Shown: positions 7,682 through 20,100 of the stretch, one piece after another
How positions within the stretch are numbered: the stretch's first letter is position 1
Layout of the letters: every line of letters starts with the position of its first letter
IMG/VR virus record: IMGVR_UViG_3300002220_000189
Location: 63,206 to 127,205 of that record
DNA length: 64,000 nt
Strand: one strand, 5' to 3'
From: a virus
Lineage: Duplodnaviria; Caudoviricetes
Program-made: the position numbers and the translations under genes
The notes under the pieces: model-generated
The model's input: only the letters and a program-made list of their open reading frames with translations
Databases searched by the model: none
What the model was told of the DNA's origin: nothing

Positions 7682-10540
7682 TTACATAATTTTAGCTATT
7701 CTATACCAAATAATCAAAGAAATATTTTCTGGCTTATATATAGGACTACAATATGTATAAAATAATATATCACCTGTAATGCTAAATATACCCATTTCTG
7801 ATATATTATAAGATTGATTATCATTTATATCAACTCTTATATAATAATATTCACCATCTTCTTTATATAAAACTGCATTGAATGTTCCAATAGGAGATTC
7901 TATATCATTTTCTACAGCAGGTTTCCAATTTCTACTACCAGCATTTCCTATTTTTAAGTATGATATTGAACTTATAATTTCATCCATTGTTAATAATCCA
8001 ATACCCACTTCTCGTACAACCGCAATACCTGATCTTTCCTCATTAAATAATAATATACAAACATTATTATCGACAATAGTAATAGATGCTGGATATATAA
8101 CATTATCATTATTATCAAATGCCTGAACTTGAATATTATTTGAATTTAATCCATGATATACATACCATTCTTTTGATGCTTCTGATCTTTCATAAGGAAC
8201 GACCATTGTATGTTTTGTTAATGATAAAAATCCTGTATCTGCTTCAATAAGACTTGCCGATGCTGAAACAGTCGATGACATTGTAACTGATTGTGGAATA
8301 AAAACTTTTTGAGTTTCATATTTAGCTAATTCTAACACATATTGATAGTTATCGCCAAAATTATGAGTAGCCTCCCATTCACTAGAACTTACTGATTGTT
8401 CGTGAGTATAATCAGCAACAGAAATAAAAGCATATCCATTTACTGCTACAGAAAAGGTAACAACTATTGAACTATTTGTTGTAAATTCTATAGTAGATGG
8501 ATAGATTTGTTTTCTATTTGCATCAAAACATTGAATATTCAAATCTTTTGTCCCAAAATTATGTTTTATAATCCATTTAGATAAATTATTTACCGAATTA
8601 AAAATTAAACTATTAGGAAAAGATACTGCAACTGATCTACAACATTGTGAGTATAAATAACCATATTTTGTTGGAAGTTGATATAATGATTTTGTTAATC
8701 CTGTAAAATCTGTTATTGGTGAAATAATTTCATTATAATGTGCAAATTTACATACCGGTCTCATTTCATTCCAATATGATAATAAATCATCCCAAAATTC
8801 TTTTTTTATAATAGCATCAGAATGTAATGGTTCATTAGATAAATCTATTTCTACTCTATAATGTGGAGTTAAACATCCACCACTTATTTCCGGTGAATAT
8901 GTTGGATATAACATAGATGATGTATTACTGAATGTTATTGCTTTACCTTCAGCATTTTCAGTAAAAGTAACTGTATATGACATCGTATCATTGAATTTGA
9001 TACCATCAGGAATTTCTAAATAATCATTATTTACTATTTGAACGAGAGGATACATATCATCTAAATTATGCTCTATATACCATTCTGTACCTGATGAATG
9101 TGTTGTTACTGTTAAATCATCATCCACAATCATAACCGCAACACCTTCCATAGCTTCTGAAAATGTTAATGTTAAATCATCAGTATTTTCATAATATATT
9201 TGATCAGGTATTATTTGTTCATCATTATATATAACCTGAATTATTGGATACTGTTTGCCTAATGCATGGTTTATATTCCATGTTATACTTGGTGTATTTT
9301 GAATATGAATAAATTCCATAGCAGATAATGGTGCTTCAGTACAAATTGCCTTACCTGAAACAACCTCACCAAATGTTGCTTCTATTAAACTAATATCTCT
9401 ATAAAATATTTTACTAGGAATAATTATATTATCTTGATCATCAACAAATTGGCACAATGGATATTTATTATTAAGATTATGTGTCACATCCCATATTAAT
9501 GATGGCGTATTTATATCTATTACAGATCGTGCAATTTCAGAATAATAATATCCATGACCAGCACCTGTTTCTGGAGGAACTTCATTATAATGTGGAAATG
9601 ATGTATAGAGAAAATCTGTAAAATTTTCTAATGGTGTACCTTCTATTTCCCAATTATGCCATCTTTCATATATATTTAATAGATTAGTCGTTCCTTTTGC
9701 TAGAGTATTCCAAATAATATATAATGATGAATATGTTCCTTTTCTTTTTAAATAATATGGTAGATTAGCGACAAATACTCTTTCTGTATCAATGTCCATA
9801 CTATGCTTTGTTGATACATTATACATTAATAATAAGTAATATAGATAATTTGACCACATTTCATATGGATCTGATAAACACAATATATTTTTTAGTGAAT
9901 TATATATTTCAGAATATTGTTTATCAAAAAAAGTTTCTAAAAATATTTGAAGATTTTCAGTTCTATTATTTACAGGAAGTGTATTTAATGCATACTTATA
10001 AATATTATTATAATCTATTACAATTTTATTATTATCTAAAGCAAAAAGTTCACCAAAATATAGATATCTCTTGTTAGTATTTACATACTTAACATATTCA
10101 TCATTATTTTCTATAAATTCATGTAATATTCTATCTATACCAAAATATATTTCAATAGGTGTATTTATTGGATCAGATGAATATTCAATAAGATCTTCTA
10201 AAGTAATTTCAGAACCTCTTATTGCTGTTGCCGGAACGTATTGAAATGTAAATAAAGTACTCTCAAGAAGGCTATTTTCAGAATTTCTTGAAGTTAAAGA
10301 ATACGGTACACCTTTAATTCTATAATAAGGATTATATCCTAAACTATCTGATGATGGCCTTGGATTTTTAAGATAAAGATTTACACCGTAACCACCTCTT
10401 GCACAAATATTAATACCCGAACCAAATATAGACACTCCTCGCAGAGAACCAGTTTTAGCTAGCGAATAATTATATGGTCGTATAGTATTTAAAAAATTTT
10501 CAATAATAAAATATGGAATATCTGAAAATTTACTAGACAT
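7682..10540 (-). CDS. Baseplate wedge protein (gp7-like) with repeated WxxxH(N/G)L modules
   Basis: Downstream of gp6; YLKRKGTYSSL motif; about 6 repeats of W-x-I/V-x-H-N-L...Q. Confidence 0.6.
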   Translation of the reverse strand: MSSKFSDIPYFIIENFLNTIRPYNYSLAKTGSLRGVSIFGSGINICARGGYGVNLYLKNPRPSSDSLGYNPYYRIKGVPYSLTSRNSENSLLESTLFTFQYVPATAIRGSEITLEDLIEYSSDPINTPIEIYFGIDRILHEFIENNDEYVKYVNTNKRYLYFGELFALDNNKIVIDYNNIYKYALNTLPVNNRTENLQIFLETFFDKQYSEIYNSLKNILCLSDPYEMWSNYLYYLLLMYNVSTKHSMDIDTERVFVANLPYYLKRKGTYSSLYIIWNTLAKGTTNLLNIYERWHNWEIEGTPLENFTDFLYTSFPHYNEVPPETGAGHGYYYSEIARSVIDINTPSLIWDVTHNLNNKYPLCQFVDDQDNIIIPSKIFYRDISLIEATFGEVVSGKAICTEAPLSAMEFIHIQNTPSITWNINHALGKQYPIIQVIYNDEQIIPDQIYYENTDDLTLTFSEAMEGVAVMIVDDDLTVTTHSSGTEWYIEHNLDDMYPLVQIVNNDYLEIPDGIKFNDTMSYTVTFTENAEGKAITFSNTSSMLYPTYSPEISGGCLTPHYRVEIDLSNEPLHSDAIIKKEFWDDLLSYWNEMRPVCKFAHYNEIISPITDFTGLTKSLYQLPTKYGYLYSQCCRSVAVSFPNSLIFNSVNNLSKWIIKHNFGTKDLNIQCFDANRKQIYPSTIEFTTNSSIVVTFSVAVNGYAFISVADYTHEQSVSSSEWEATHNFGDNYQYVLELAKYETQKVFIPQSVTMSSTVSASASLIEADTGFLSLTKHTMVVPYERSEASKEWYVYHGLNSNNIQVQAFDNNDNVIYPASITIVDNNVCILLFNEERSGIAVVREVGIGLLTMDEIISSISYLKIGNAGSRNWKPAVENDIESPIGTFNAVLYKEDGEYYYIRVDINDNQSYNISEMGIFSITGDILFYTYCSPIYKPENISLIIWYRIAKIM

Positions 10541-12271
10541 TTATAACTCCTGTATAAAAGTACTATCAAATATTGAAACAGCAGGAAATTGATTATGCCC
10601 TAATTGAATATATCGTAATTTATTATCTCCTGAGTGAGATTCAGAAGTATATACAGGATATTCAGTTGATCCATATTCATTTATAATAACACCGTTTAAA
10701 ACATTTATATCTCTTGGTATTAAAGTTTGTATACCTTTAACATATGAAAACGAATCAGTGGTTGAAATATTAGTAGTATCAAGAATATATTCTATTATAT
10801 TAGTAAATGATATAATTTCATTAAATCTCCTATTACTTGTTTCAAAATAATATTTCAATTTATTACTTACATCATTTGCTACGGTTGAAAATGTATATGT
10901 TCTTTTGATTTTTATACCAAAATCAAAAGAGAAAAATATAATTTCAGGTAAAACAAATTCTTCATATGCACATAGCATTTTTCTTGGTTCTAGATATGTT
11001 GATAAATCAACTTTAAAACTATTAGTAAAATTTATAGGGACATATAATCCACTACCAGATGCTGGTATACTATTGGAACCATCTGCTCCTGAAATGGTTA
11101 TTGTTCCAGTTCCCCAATCAACAGGAATAGTTGAAACATAAACTCTATTATATTCTAACATACTACCTGATGGTGCTATTTCTTGCTCTCCCCATACATT
11201 AGCAACTTGTATATCAGATTTAGCTTCTAAATGAGTTATATAATCATATTTCGTAACATTTCTATATTGAGAATGTATAGCTCCAGTAGATGCTGATTTT
11301 ATATTAGATAGTGTTTCTGGATTTGAACCGCCAACAGCCGCAGATAAATTTGTTACTGACATATATGTATTATTTATATATGATCGTTTTGTTTGATTAT
11401 ATATAAATTCAGTTTCTGGTATTGTAATTAATCCTGATCCTATATTACCATAAGTACCTGCTGATATTAATAAAATAACATTTATAATATCTGTTCCTAA
11501 AGGAACATTTCTAGCTGATGAAAATTCTAAAATATAATTTTTATATTTATTATATCTCATTAAATATAAATTAGATTCATTTTTCAACCCCGATAATTCA
11601 TCATAAAAATCTGATGCTCTATTCCATACTATGTTATTTACACTTAATTCCATAGATGGTGACTGGTCACTTAAATCATCATCATAATCAAAATTATATG
11701 AAGGTAAATAAATTATATTATCTATAATATTATCTCCTGTAAATGTTCCATTATATACGATTCCCTGTCTTATAGGAACTGAAAAGGTATATGTTCCTAA
11801 TGCTGATGTTGGGATAGTTTCTATGGTATCTATTATAGTTGAGAATTGTAATAATGCACCATTTTCATCAACAGATTCATTACCAGTACAGACTATTTGT
11901 TTCCATGCCCCTAATGAAATAGTATCTCCTGGTGATACCCCATTTGTACCACCAGATAACGTAAGTGTTATAGTAAGATCTGTTGAACTTGAAATATAAC
12001 CACGTGGATCATAACCTCTAAGTCGTGATAACATATGAACTGTTTCATATATATCAGCAGTTTCCATATATTGATTCTTTGCTATTTGATTTACATAATA
12101 TGTTGTTAACATTCCAAGATAACACATCATTTCCATTAAAACAGATATGTTAGAACCCTCATAATTATAATCTCTAAATGTCGGATTTACTGCAAGAAGT
12201 TCTTGTAATCTAGACTTCATTGTAGAATAATCCATATCTAAATATTGTGGTGTAAGTATATTATCAGCCAT
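10541..12271 (-). CDS. gp6: Baseplate wedge subunit
   Basis: FRDYNYEGSNISVL, GGSNPET...QYRNVTKYDY, VWG. Confidence 0.88.
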   Translation of the reverse strand: MADNILTPQYLDMDYSTMKSRLQELLAVNPTFRDYNYEGSNISVLMEMMCYLGMLTTYYVNQIAKNQYMETADIYETVHMLSRLRGYDPRGYISSSTDLTITLTLSGGTNGVSPGDTISLGAWKQIVCTGNESVDENGALLQFSTIIDTIETIPTSALGTYTFSVPIRQGIVYNGTFTGDNIIDNIIYLPSYNFDYDDDLSDQSPSMELSVNNIVWNRASDFYDELSGLKNESNLYLMRYNKYKNYILEFSSARNVPLGTDIINVILLISAGTYGNIGSGLITIPETEFIYNQTKRSYINNTYMSVTNLSAAVGGSNPETLSNIKSASTGAIHSQYRNVTKYDYITHLEAKSDIQVANVWGEQEIAPSGSMLEYNRVYVSTIPVDWGTGTITISGADGSNSIPASGSGLYVPINFTNSFKVDLSTYLEPRKMLCAYEEFVLPEIIFFSFDFGIKIKRTYTFSTVANDVSNKLKYYFETSNRRFNEIISFTNIIEYILDTTNISTTDSFSYVKGIQTLIPRDINVLNGVIINEYGSTEYPVYTSESHSGDNKLRYIQLGHNQFPAVSIFDSTFIQEL

Positions 12272-12283
12272 TATTTAAAGCTC

Positions 12284-12679
12284 CTATGTTTGTTTAAGGA
12301 TAAACTTTATGGTTCCTCCACCACCAAGTTCTCCTATTCCTTTTATATGATATGTTATAGTAATTTTATATTGCATATTATCAATATCACCATCTATATT
12401 TACATTATCTAATATTATTCTTGTTTCCCATGCACCTATTTCATTAATGATAGTATTTCCTAATTTCTTAACAGTATATTCATCCATTGGTTCAAATAAT
12501 ATTAAATTTGAATTTGATCCAAATTCTGGCAACATTCTTCTTGAATTTTTAGATGTTGTCAATATATTTGTAATAGAATTCCTAATTGCATTATGATCTA
12601 CATATTTTTTAATATCACCATCAGTTTGCTGATTAAGTTCTATATCTATATCCGAAAATATTGTAAATGTTGATATCAT
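12284..12679 (-). CDS. gp25: Baseplate wedge subunit
   Basis: AIRNSITNILTT...RRMLPEFGS...LFEP...WETRI. Confidence 0.9.
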   Translation of the reverse strand: MISTFTIFSDIDIELNQQTDGDIKKYVDHNAIRNSITNILTTSKNSRRMLPEFGSNSNLILFEPMDEYTVKKLGNTIINEIGAWETRIILDNVNIDGDIDNMQYKITITYHIKGIGELGGGGTIKFILKQT

Positions 12680-12689
12680 AATTTTTACC

Positions 12690-13370
12690 TTATATATATG
12701 GTGTAAATATTGTTATAGAATCTTCATATTTTGTTTTATTAATTTGTGTTAAATTTTTACCAACTGTTAATTTAGAAATCATATCATAAATACCATATGT
12801 TCCTGATGTATCAATAGTTTTATTCAAATAATCATATGTAAAATTAAAGTCTACAATTTTATTTATTATTATTGTATCAGAATCCCATCCAATTCCGTTA
12901 TATTGATATGATAATGTTTTTACAGATTCTAAATTATTAGTAATAATATCACCACTCAATGATATTGTTGTTGTATCATCTGAATAATCTGATGAAACAA
13001 CATTACAAATTTTAATACCATCTATTCCACAATTACATAATATATCAGCATCTACTATAAATATTAATGTTTTATCATCATAACAAGAAAATGATGTATC
13101 ACTAATAAAAGTTAAATCATTTAATATTAAATTATCATATATTTTCCAATCTGTTACATTAGAAATTCCAAAATTATCATATATATAAACATAATCACCT
13201 TTAGCTGGAAGTAATGTTTCAGTAAATTCTGTAGAAATTGTTTCTAATATATTTTCAAAATCATCTGCAATTGATGCCAATTCAGTAATTTGTTCCTGAA
13301 TTTTAGCAATAGAAACAGTTGCATTTTCTATTTTTTGTGGCATACTATTTAAAATATTTTGTATACTCAT
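12690..13370 (-). CDS. Hypothetical baseplate-region protein
   Basis: ORF between the PAAR gene and gp25. Confidence 0.55.
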   Translation of the reverse strand: MSIQNILNSMPQKIENATVSIAKIQEQITELASIADDFENILETISTEFTETLLPAKGDYVYIYDNFGISNVTDWKIYDNLILNDLTFISDTSFSCYDDKTLIFIVDADILCNCGIDGIKICNVVSSDYSDDTTTISLSGDIITNNLESVKTLSYQYNGIGWDSDTIIINKIVDFNFTYDYLNKTIDTSGTYGIYDMISKLTVGKNLTQINKTKYEDSITIFTPYI

Positions 13371-13666
13371 CCTGCAAATACACTCCCTGAACCTGTAATA
13401 AGTACTCCTTTGAATGATCCATCAAATGAATCTCCTATTCTTGCTACTCCTTTACCATTACAAAAAACACTTCCACTACCTGTAATAATTATTCCTACAT
13501 GACCACAAGAACTTAATACAATATCTCCTATTGTTGCTACTCCTTGCCCATTACAAAAAACATTTCCAGAACCTGTAACTATTATTCCTGTTGTATTTAT
13601 AGGCGTTTTATGATCATAACAAGTTCCCGATCCAACATCCCCTATTTTACATAACGATAATCCCAT
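13367..13666 (-). CDS. PAAR-like spike tip protein (gp5.4-like); probable start at 13666 rather than 13711
   Basis: Repeated TGSGxVFCNGxGVAxIGD motifs with Cys/His. Confidence 0.85.
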   Translation of the reverse strand: MGLSLCKIGDVGSGTCYDHKTPINTTGIIVTGSGNVFCNGQGVATIGDIVLSSCGHVGIIITGSGSVFCNGKGVARIGDSFDGSFKGVLITGSGSVFAG

Positions 13667-13674
13667 AATAATCC

Positions 13675-14418
13675 TTAATTTATATTTACTGGAGAGCCTG
13701 AAATAGTACATACCCCACTTGCCGTAACATTTACATTCACTCCTTGAACTGTAATGTCGCTAGAACTTGTTATACTAATATTACCAGTAACATTAACATT
13801 CCAATTACTTTTAAATGTTTCAGTTACATCACCAGTAACATCATCTTTAAATGTACCACCTACTGTTCTTGTTACATTATCTGTTATATTTATAGTTTCA
13901 TTTTTAACTCCAGTAATTTGAATATTCCCGTCTTTATCTATTTCACTCAATGTTCCGGTTTTATGGTAAACTTTAATCCTTTCATTACTTGGCGATGAAT
14001 CAATTTCAATATAATGGCCTGCATGTGTTTCCAAAACAATATTATGTGGATATGTAGAAACTTTTGTATTCCAATCACCTTTCGCTGGAACAGTTGCAAA
14101 ATATCTCGGTTGTAATATATGACCCGATTCAAAAAACACAAAAACATGTGAATTAACTAAAGGAACACTAAATAAACCCTGTCCGGTAATAGAACCTTCT
14201 ATCAAGCTTAAAACAGGTTCTGCCCAAAGTAATTCATCTGTTGGTATACCATCAGTAGATGTTTTTATTTTGTTTTGTGAATGAACGCCAAATACTCGTA
14301 TTTTACATCTTCCTTGTTGCTCAGGATCAAGATTATCTTCTACAATCCCCCTGAAGATGCCATATAACTTCTCTCTGGGTAAAGTCATATCTGAAAATTC
14401 GTTTTTTAGAATAGACAC
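13675..14418 (-). CDS. gp5: Baseplate central spike (OB-fold plus beta-helix, no lysozyme domain)
   Basis: GIVEDNLDPEQQGRCKIRVFGVH...LLWA; GHYIEID...ERIKVYHKTGT. Confidence 0.88.
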   Translation of the reverse strand: MSILKNEFSDMTLPREKLYGIFRGIVEDNLDPEQQGRCKIRVFGVHSQNKIKTSTDGIPTDELLWAEPVLSLIEGSITGQGLFSVPLVNSHVFVFFESGHILQPRYFATVPAKGDWNTKVSTYPHNIVLETHAGHYIEIDSSPSNERIKVYHKTGTLSEIDKDGNIQITGVKNETINITDNVTRTVGGTFKDDVTGDVTETFKSNWNVNVTGNISITSSSDITVQGVNVNVTASGVCTISGSPVNIN

Positions 14419-14450
14419 TATTATATTTCTCCAATTATTATGCCATTTTT

Positions 14451-15686
14451 CTATTTTTTAGGTACTACAATATTATATAATGTGGCCTTATGTAATGCTT
14501 TATTATCAGCATCAGTATAACCTGTTTTTATAGCAACTATTAATTGTCTAAAATATGGCTTTGTTTTACTACTGAATTGATGTGTTATAGATTTTACAAG
14601 GAATTTTCCTTCATATAATTTATGTAATACTTCAGTATCTGAAACACTTTTCCAAGGAATATCTATCATCATTCCAGCATATCTTCTGTCATGTCCTCTT
14701 ACCATCATTAAAACTGCAAATTGTTTTGAATATCTTTTTATAAATTCACCATACGCTATATTTTTCAAAATATTAATATCATTATCACCTTCAAGTGTTA
14801 TTTGAGAATTTTCACTACTAATATCTTGAAATAATGTTTTTTTACCCATCATTGTATATTTAGATATTATTTCAGAATATGTATATGATAAATCTAATAA
14901 AGATTTGGTTTCAAAATCATATCCTAATTTATGTCCACCACTCAAATAAGATAATGATTGATAATTTATTGGTTCAATACTATAAGATAATATTTTATTT
15001 TCTGAATCAACATTATCAGTATCAGTAAATACATATTTAGCAATGGTAGACTCATCTTTTTCAAATTTAGTATTAGTAAATAATGTTTCAATGGTAGTAC
15101 AATTCATTCCTTGTGTATTACTATATAATAAATAACCTGATTTTCCTGATATACTACCGGAAGATCTTTTTAAAAGCCATTTCAACGCTTCTAATGGTGT
15201 CCAATATGCCATATAAAAATATGGTATAATTTCTTTAGGTTCTTCAAAATTTTTAAATTGTGTTATACTACACATATTTTTACATATATCTTTTACAATT
15301 ACAGATATTTTTTTATCTTTCCATGAAATACTATATTTATGTTGAGTTAATGTAAGATGAATAGGTTCAACAAGATACATTTCAATCATGGTCATTGCAC
15401 TTCCTGTTAAAGAAGAGCCCTGATGAATTTTTTTAAAATCATATATTATAAATGTTTTTGTTGTTTCATTTTCACCATATGTTATAGTTACAACTTCATT
15501 TCCTGTAATGGGTAGTTGTTCTATTGAACCAATCCTATCAAAAAACATTAATTTTCCAACCATACAAACTGAAAATATATCTTCGATCATTTCAAATAAA
15601 TGTATGTCTTCATTCCCAATAGATAAATCACCCAAATCAGGAGAAATAATTTTTACTGTAAATTTTCCTTCTTCAGTATCACGCAT
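14451..15686 (-). CDS. Baseplate hub protein (gp27-like)
   Basis: Position between gp53 and gp5; LPITGNE; GKFLVKSITHQF. Confidence 0.6.
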   Translation of the reverse strand: MRDTEEGKFTVKIISPDLGDLSIGNEDIHLFEMIEDIFSVCMVGKLMFFDRIGSIEQLPITGNEVVTITYGENETTKTFIIYDFKKIHQGSSLTGSAMTMIEMYLVEPIHLTLTQHKYSISWKDKKISVIVKDICKNMCSITQFKNFEEPKEIIPYFYMAYWTPLEALKWLLKRSSGSISGKSGYLLYSNTQGMNCTTIETLFTNTKFEKDESTIAKYVFTDTDNVDSENKILSYSIEPINYQSLSYLSGGHKLGYDFETKSLLDLSYTYSEIISKYTMMGKKTLFQDISSENSQITLEGDNDINILKNIAYGEFIKRYSKQFAVLMMVRGHDRRYAGMMIDIPWKSVSDTEVLHKLYEGKFLVKSITHQFSSKTKPYFRQLIVAIKTGYTDADNKALHKATLYNIVVPKK

Positions 15687-15687
15687 C

Positions 15688-16068
15688 TTATTTCTCCGAA
15701 ATATCTCTTATTTCTCTTATAATTAAAGGTATAAATGATTCTCTTAAAACTTTTATATTTTGCCCCGGACCTAATTCTTCAAATGGATTTATTATATTAT
15801 TAGATAGAAATATTATCCACCATAAATTTACATTTTGATATATTGTATATGCTATATTTTCTGAAAATTCATCTTCCTCTGTTTCATATGTAATAAAATT
15901 CATAATATCTAACATAACATCCTCATTGATTGAAAACGATCTAAAAATATTTAAAAAATTATTACCATCATCATCTTGTAAAATATTAAATAATTTAAGA
16001 AACGATACGTTACTTAATCTATGATTAGTTATTTCATAAAAATCTTCGGTTATTCTTTTAGTAGCCAT
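15688..16068 (-). CDS. gp53: Baseplate wedge protein (LysM-like)
   Basis: ENIAYTIYQNVNLWWIIFLSNNIINPF. Confidence 0.8.
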   Translation of the reverse strand: MATKRITEDFYEITNHRLSNVSFLKLFNILQDDDGNNFLNIFRSFSINEDVMLDIMNFITYETEEDEFSENIAYTIYQNVNLWWIIFLSNNIINPFEELGPGQNIKVLRESFIPLIIREIRDISEK

Positions 16069-16079
16069 AATTAATTATC

Positions 16080-17129
16080 CTATATTTTATATGTTAATAT
16101 TCTATCGGGATCAAATACATCATCATATAATGGCATATATTCTGTAACAGAAACCCTCAATTCACAATATGTTGGTAGCCCATTTACCCAAGGACCTTTA
16201 AAAACAGGATTAATTTGTTTTATAATAGCATTTTTCATAAGAAGAAAATCTCCTGGATCAGAATATATTTTAAAAAGATATGGTGGTTCAATTTTTGTAT
16301 TTGCCATTGTTGTTTCACTATCTCCTTTATATTTTGACGGAGATGATAAAAATTGTAAAAATCTTACAGGTTCAACAACATCGGCATATCTATCTTCATA
16401 TGCAAATAGATGAAATATAAATTCATATGATCTTCTTTCCGATGATTTATATGTTAATGGTGTATCTACTCTAGTAAATGGAACTTTACCTCCACCAGTA
16501 GACTGTAATTCACCCGCAATTTGTTTAACTTTTCCAAAAAGATCCTTTCCTAAAGTACCTTTTTGTAATGATTCCATATAACCTTTAAAAGTTTCTTTAC
16601 TCATACCATGTTTTTTTAATACATCACCTAAACCTTGAATTTGTTCCCACCATGATCCACCTAGTCTTGCATACATTTCTGCTGCTTTTGATGATATGGA
16701 TTCATACGATGCCCATTCATGAGATAATGATTCCATAATATCTCTTGGCATAAGAAAGAAAAAGGTATAATTAATTTCCTGATTTGCTTGTACAGGACCT
16801 TGAGAAGCATCAGCATATATAGTACCTATTTTTATACCATCAAAAACCAAATATGTTAAAGTGTTAATATCATCTATTTCTCTAGCAACCACATAACTTG
16901 GTGGTGGACACCAAAATGTAATATTTTGTCTTTTTGTTGAAGATTTTTGAATATCAGGCGGTGTAGGAGTTTTTTTATCTTCAGTAGTCTTTTTTACCAT
17001 TGGTACTTTAGATTTAGCCTTTTTAGATGTAACTACTGATTTAGTTGCTGAACTCACAACTCCTTCTGGCTTTTTCTTGAGATCACTGTCTTGTATCTTA
17101 CTTGCATCAACTAAACCCATTATTCCCAT
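16080..17129 (-). CDS. Baseplate tail-tube cap (gp48-like)
   Basis: ERRSYEFIFHL...PPYLFKI...GLPTYCELRVSVTE. Confidence 0.55.
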   Translation of the reverse strand: MGIMGLVDASKIQDSDLKKKPEGVVSSATKSVVTSKKAKSKVPMVKKTTEDKKTPTPPDIQKSSTKRQNITFWCPPPSYVVAREIDDINTLTYLVFDGIKIGTIYADASQGPVQANQEINYTFFFLMPRDIMESLSHEWASYESISSKAAEMYARLGGSWWEQIQGLGDVLKKHGMSKETFKGYMESLQKGTLGKDLFGKVKQIAGELQSTGGGKVPFTRVDTPLTYKSSERRSYEFIFHLFAYEDRYADVVEPVRFLQFLSSPSKYKGDSETTMANTKIEPPYLFKIYSDPGDFLLMKNAIIKQINPVFKGPWVNGLPTYCELRVSVTEYMPLYDDVFDPDRILTYKI

Positions 17130-17142
17130 AATCTAATTTCCT

Positions 17143-20100
17143 CTATATTGAATTTTGACATATAAGCCACATTAATGGTGAACTTCCTAATATTGATGGT
17201 GATGGTTCTGGAATATTACTTTTTTGAGAAGAATCACTTCCACCACCAGCCATTGCAACATTACTATCTCCTCCAGATATCATTGCATTACTTGCTGCTT
17301 GTTGAATTTCTGGAGTTGGTACAGCATTTTCCATTGCTAATGATTTATCTGCTGATCTTATTGCTTCAGGTGCACCAGAAGTACTCAATATCGGCGGTGT
17401 AGTTTTAGCTTCACTTGGTGTAATTTTAACAGAATCCATTGGACTTATACCCATCATTCCAAACATATCTTTTACTGGAGAAGGAATAGTATCACCGCCT
17501 GTACTCAATATATCTGAAAACATATTATTTACATCTTTACGAAGATCTTCGCCTTTATTTTTTTTCATATTATCTTTTAATGTCTTCATAGCATCTTTTG
17601 AATTAGATATTACATTCAATATATTACCTTTTACCTTTCCACCCATAACATTAGGTGCTACTTTAGAAATAGAGCCAAATATATCAGATATCGGATCACC
17701 TGTTTGTGCTGGTGTAGGTGTAGTAGATCCTAAACCTGCAGAACTTAACATTGACATCATAGCACCAGAAGCTAAAACACCTAAAAGTTCATCGACAATA
17801 GGGGGCATTGCACCAACACCACCTAATAATCCAGCACCTGCTCCCATCAACCCTAACATACTTCCAAAACCAGATTCTGCTCCTGTACCCGATGGTATAC
17901 CAGTACCTTTCCATGCCAAAGTTCCCATCATTCCTGAATTTTTAGTAACTTTATCAATATAATCTGGATTTATTCCTATTTTACCCGCACCTGCATTATA
18001 TGCCGAAATTGCTTTATTCATATCACCGTTTACTCGTTTATCTTTAAGTAAACTAGCTAAATATGCTGTTCCGGCCATTACATTTTGTTCTGGATTGAAA
18101 TAATCTTGCACGCCATATTGTGTTTTCCACATATCATCATATTTTGAATTGAGTTGCATCAAACCGAAACTATTCTCTGGTGGTTTACTTCTAGCCAATG
18201 CATTAAAGTTACTTTCAGTTTGTATAATTCCTCTTATAATACTTTCTGGAACACCATATTTTGCACTTGCTTTTGCAATTATTGCATTTATATCATAATC
18301 CTTTGACATAGAAACTGGTGACATTTGTATATGAACAGGATCTTTTACAGGATATGGTCTATAAAATCCAAACTTAGCTAGCTTATCATCTTTCTCTAAT
18401 TTATTTGCTGTTGCTGCTGGAATATCTATAGCCATACCATAATTATGAAAAGATGTTCCGGGCTGTGCTACACCATATGGATATTTTGATGGATTTGCTT
18501 GTCTTTCAGCATACATTCTTGTTTGTTCTTCTATTGATCTGTATGCAGATGTTACAGGAATATTGCCTACACTATCACTCATCAATTTGAATCTTTGCAT
18601 AAATGCTGGATTCATTCCAGAAAAATCGGGTTTATAACCTGGTGCCGGTCCGTAACCATCTCCAATTTCTCTTCTTCTTGCTTTTATTGGCGGATCACCA
18701 GTTGCATATGCAGCATCATCTTTAAATACAGAAGTCGGATCTTTATATGTTTTATACATACCATAACCAACACCCGCGGCGACAGCAGCTGTCATTGCTG
18801 CAACTCCAGCTGTTCCTAAAGTAAGGCTACCAGCAGTTTTTACTGCTCCCGGTATAATATCTTTTCCACCAGCTCCTGCTAATAATCTTTGTGCAGCAGT
18901 ATTTAAAAGCATTGCAGAATTATCAAGTTTACTAAATATTGAATAAATATAAATAGCTTTAAGTGGAAAAAGTACTAATGAACTAAAAAAATCAAATATT
19001 TTACCCATTACTGGTTGTAATAAATAAAATCCTGAAAATACTAGACCAATTTTTCCGATAAAATCTGATTCATTCCATGCTTTTGTAAAAACTTCCCACA
19101 TCCATTTAGTTAAATCTATACTAGAATCAATTATTTTACCTGCAAGTGCTTTAAGAGAATTAACAATAAGAGTAAATCCCTCACCTTCAACACCAAAATA
19201 CTCTTTAAACCATCCTATAAAGGGAGTGTAAATATAATCCACAAAAAAGTTTTTAAAACTATTCCATATTGACCTTATTTTTTCTCTAGTTTCTTCACTA
19301 TGTTTACCAAGTGCCGCCCATGCAAAAGTTGCCCCACCAACTACAAAAGATATAGTTTTTAAAAGTTTAGATGTTTTTATAAAATTAAATGTTTTGGAAA
19401 TTATTCCCTCACCATCATCATCACCACTTTTCTTTTTTATATATAATTTTTTTAATTGTTCTTTCCATGATCCTCCATATGGATCCCATGATTTTTTTAA
19501 TAAAAATGGTGACATCAACGCCTTCATTTTTTCTACTGGTCTATCCTGTGATTCATAAATACCTTTTAAATATTTTAAATTAAATCTTCTTTCAATAGCT
19601 TCCTTATATGGTGATATTTTTTTACCAAAATAAGTTTTAAATGTTGATTTTAATGTTTTTTTTCCTTCTGGATCAAAAGTTTTAATTACAGATTTTCTTT
19701 CTTTCCATTGAGTAGATAAACTTTTTACTATCTTTTTTAATAATCCTTCTTGTTTTTTTTCACTTATTACTAACTTTTCAGTTTTTTGCAAAATGCTTGT
19801 ATTATCAATACCTTTTTTTATTTTAATATAAGGAGAAGATATAAGGGCACCAATACCTAACATTAATTTAGGAAATATTTTTAATAATGGCTCTAATAAC
19901 ATTTTTCGTAAATAATCACCAGAACTTTTTAATACATTAACAAATGGTTCTACTTCTCTATATAAGTCTCCAAATAATTCTCCAAAAAATTTATTATATA
20001 CTCCTTTTAATGAATCAAATAACCTCTCTGTTTGATATTTAAATTGAGTTGATAATTTTGCAAAGAATAAACCAACATTTGATGATATAATTTTTTTAAA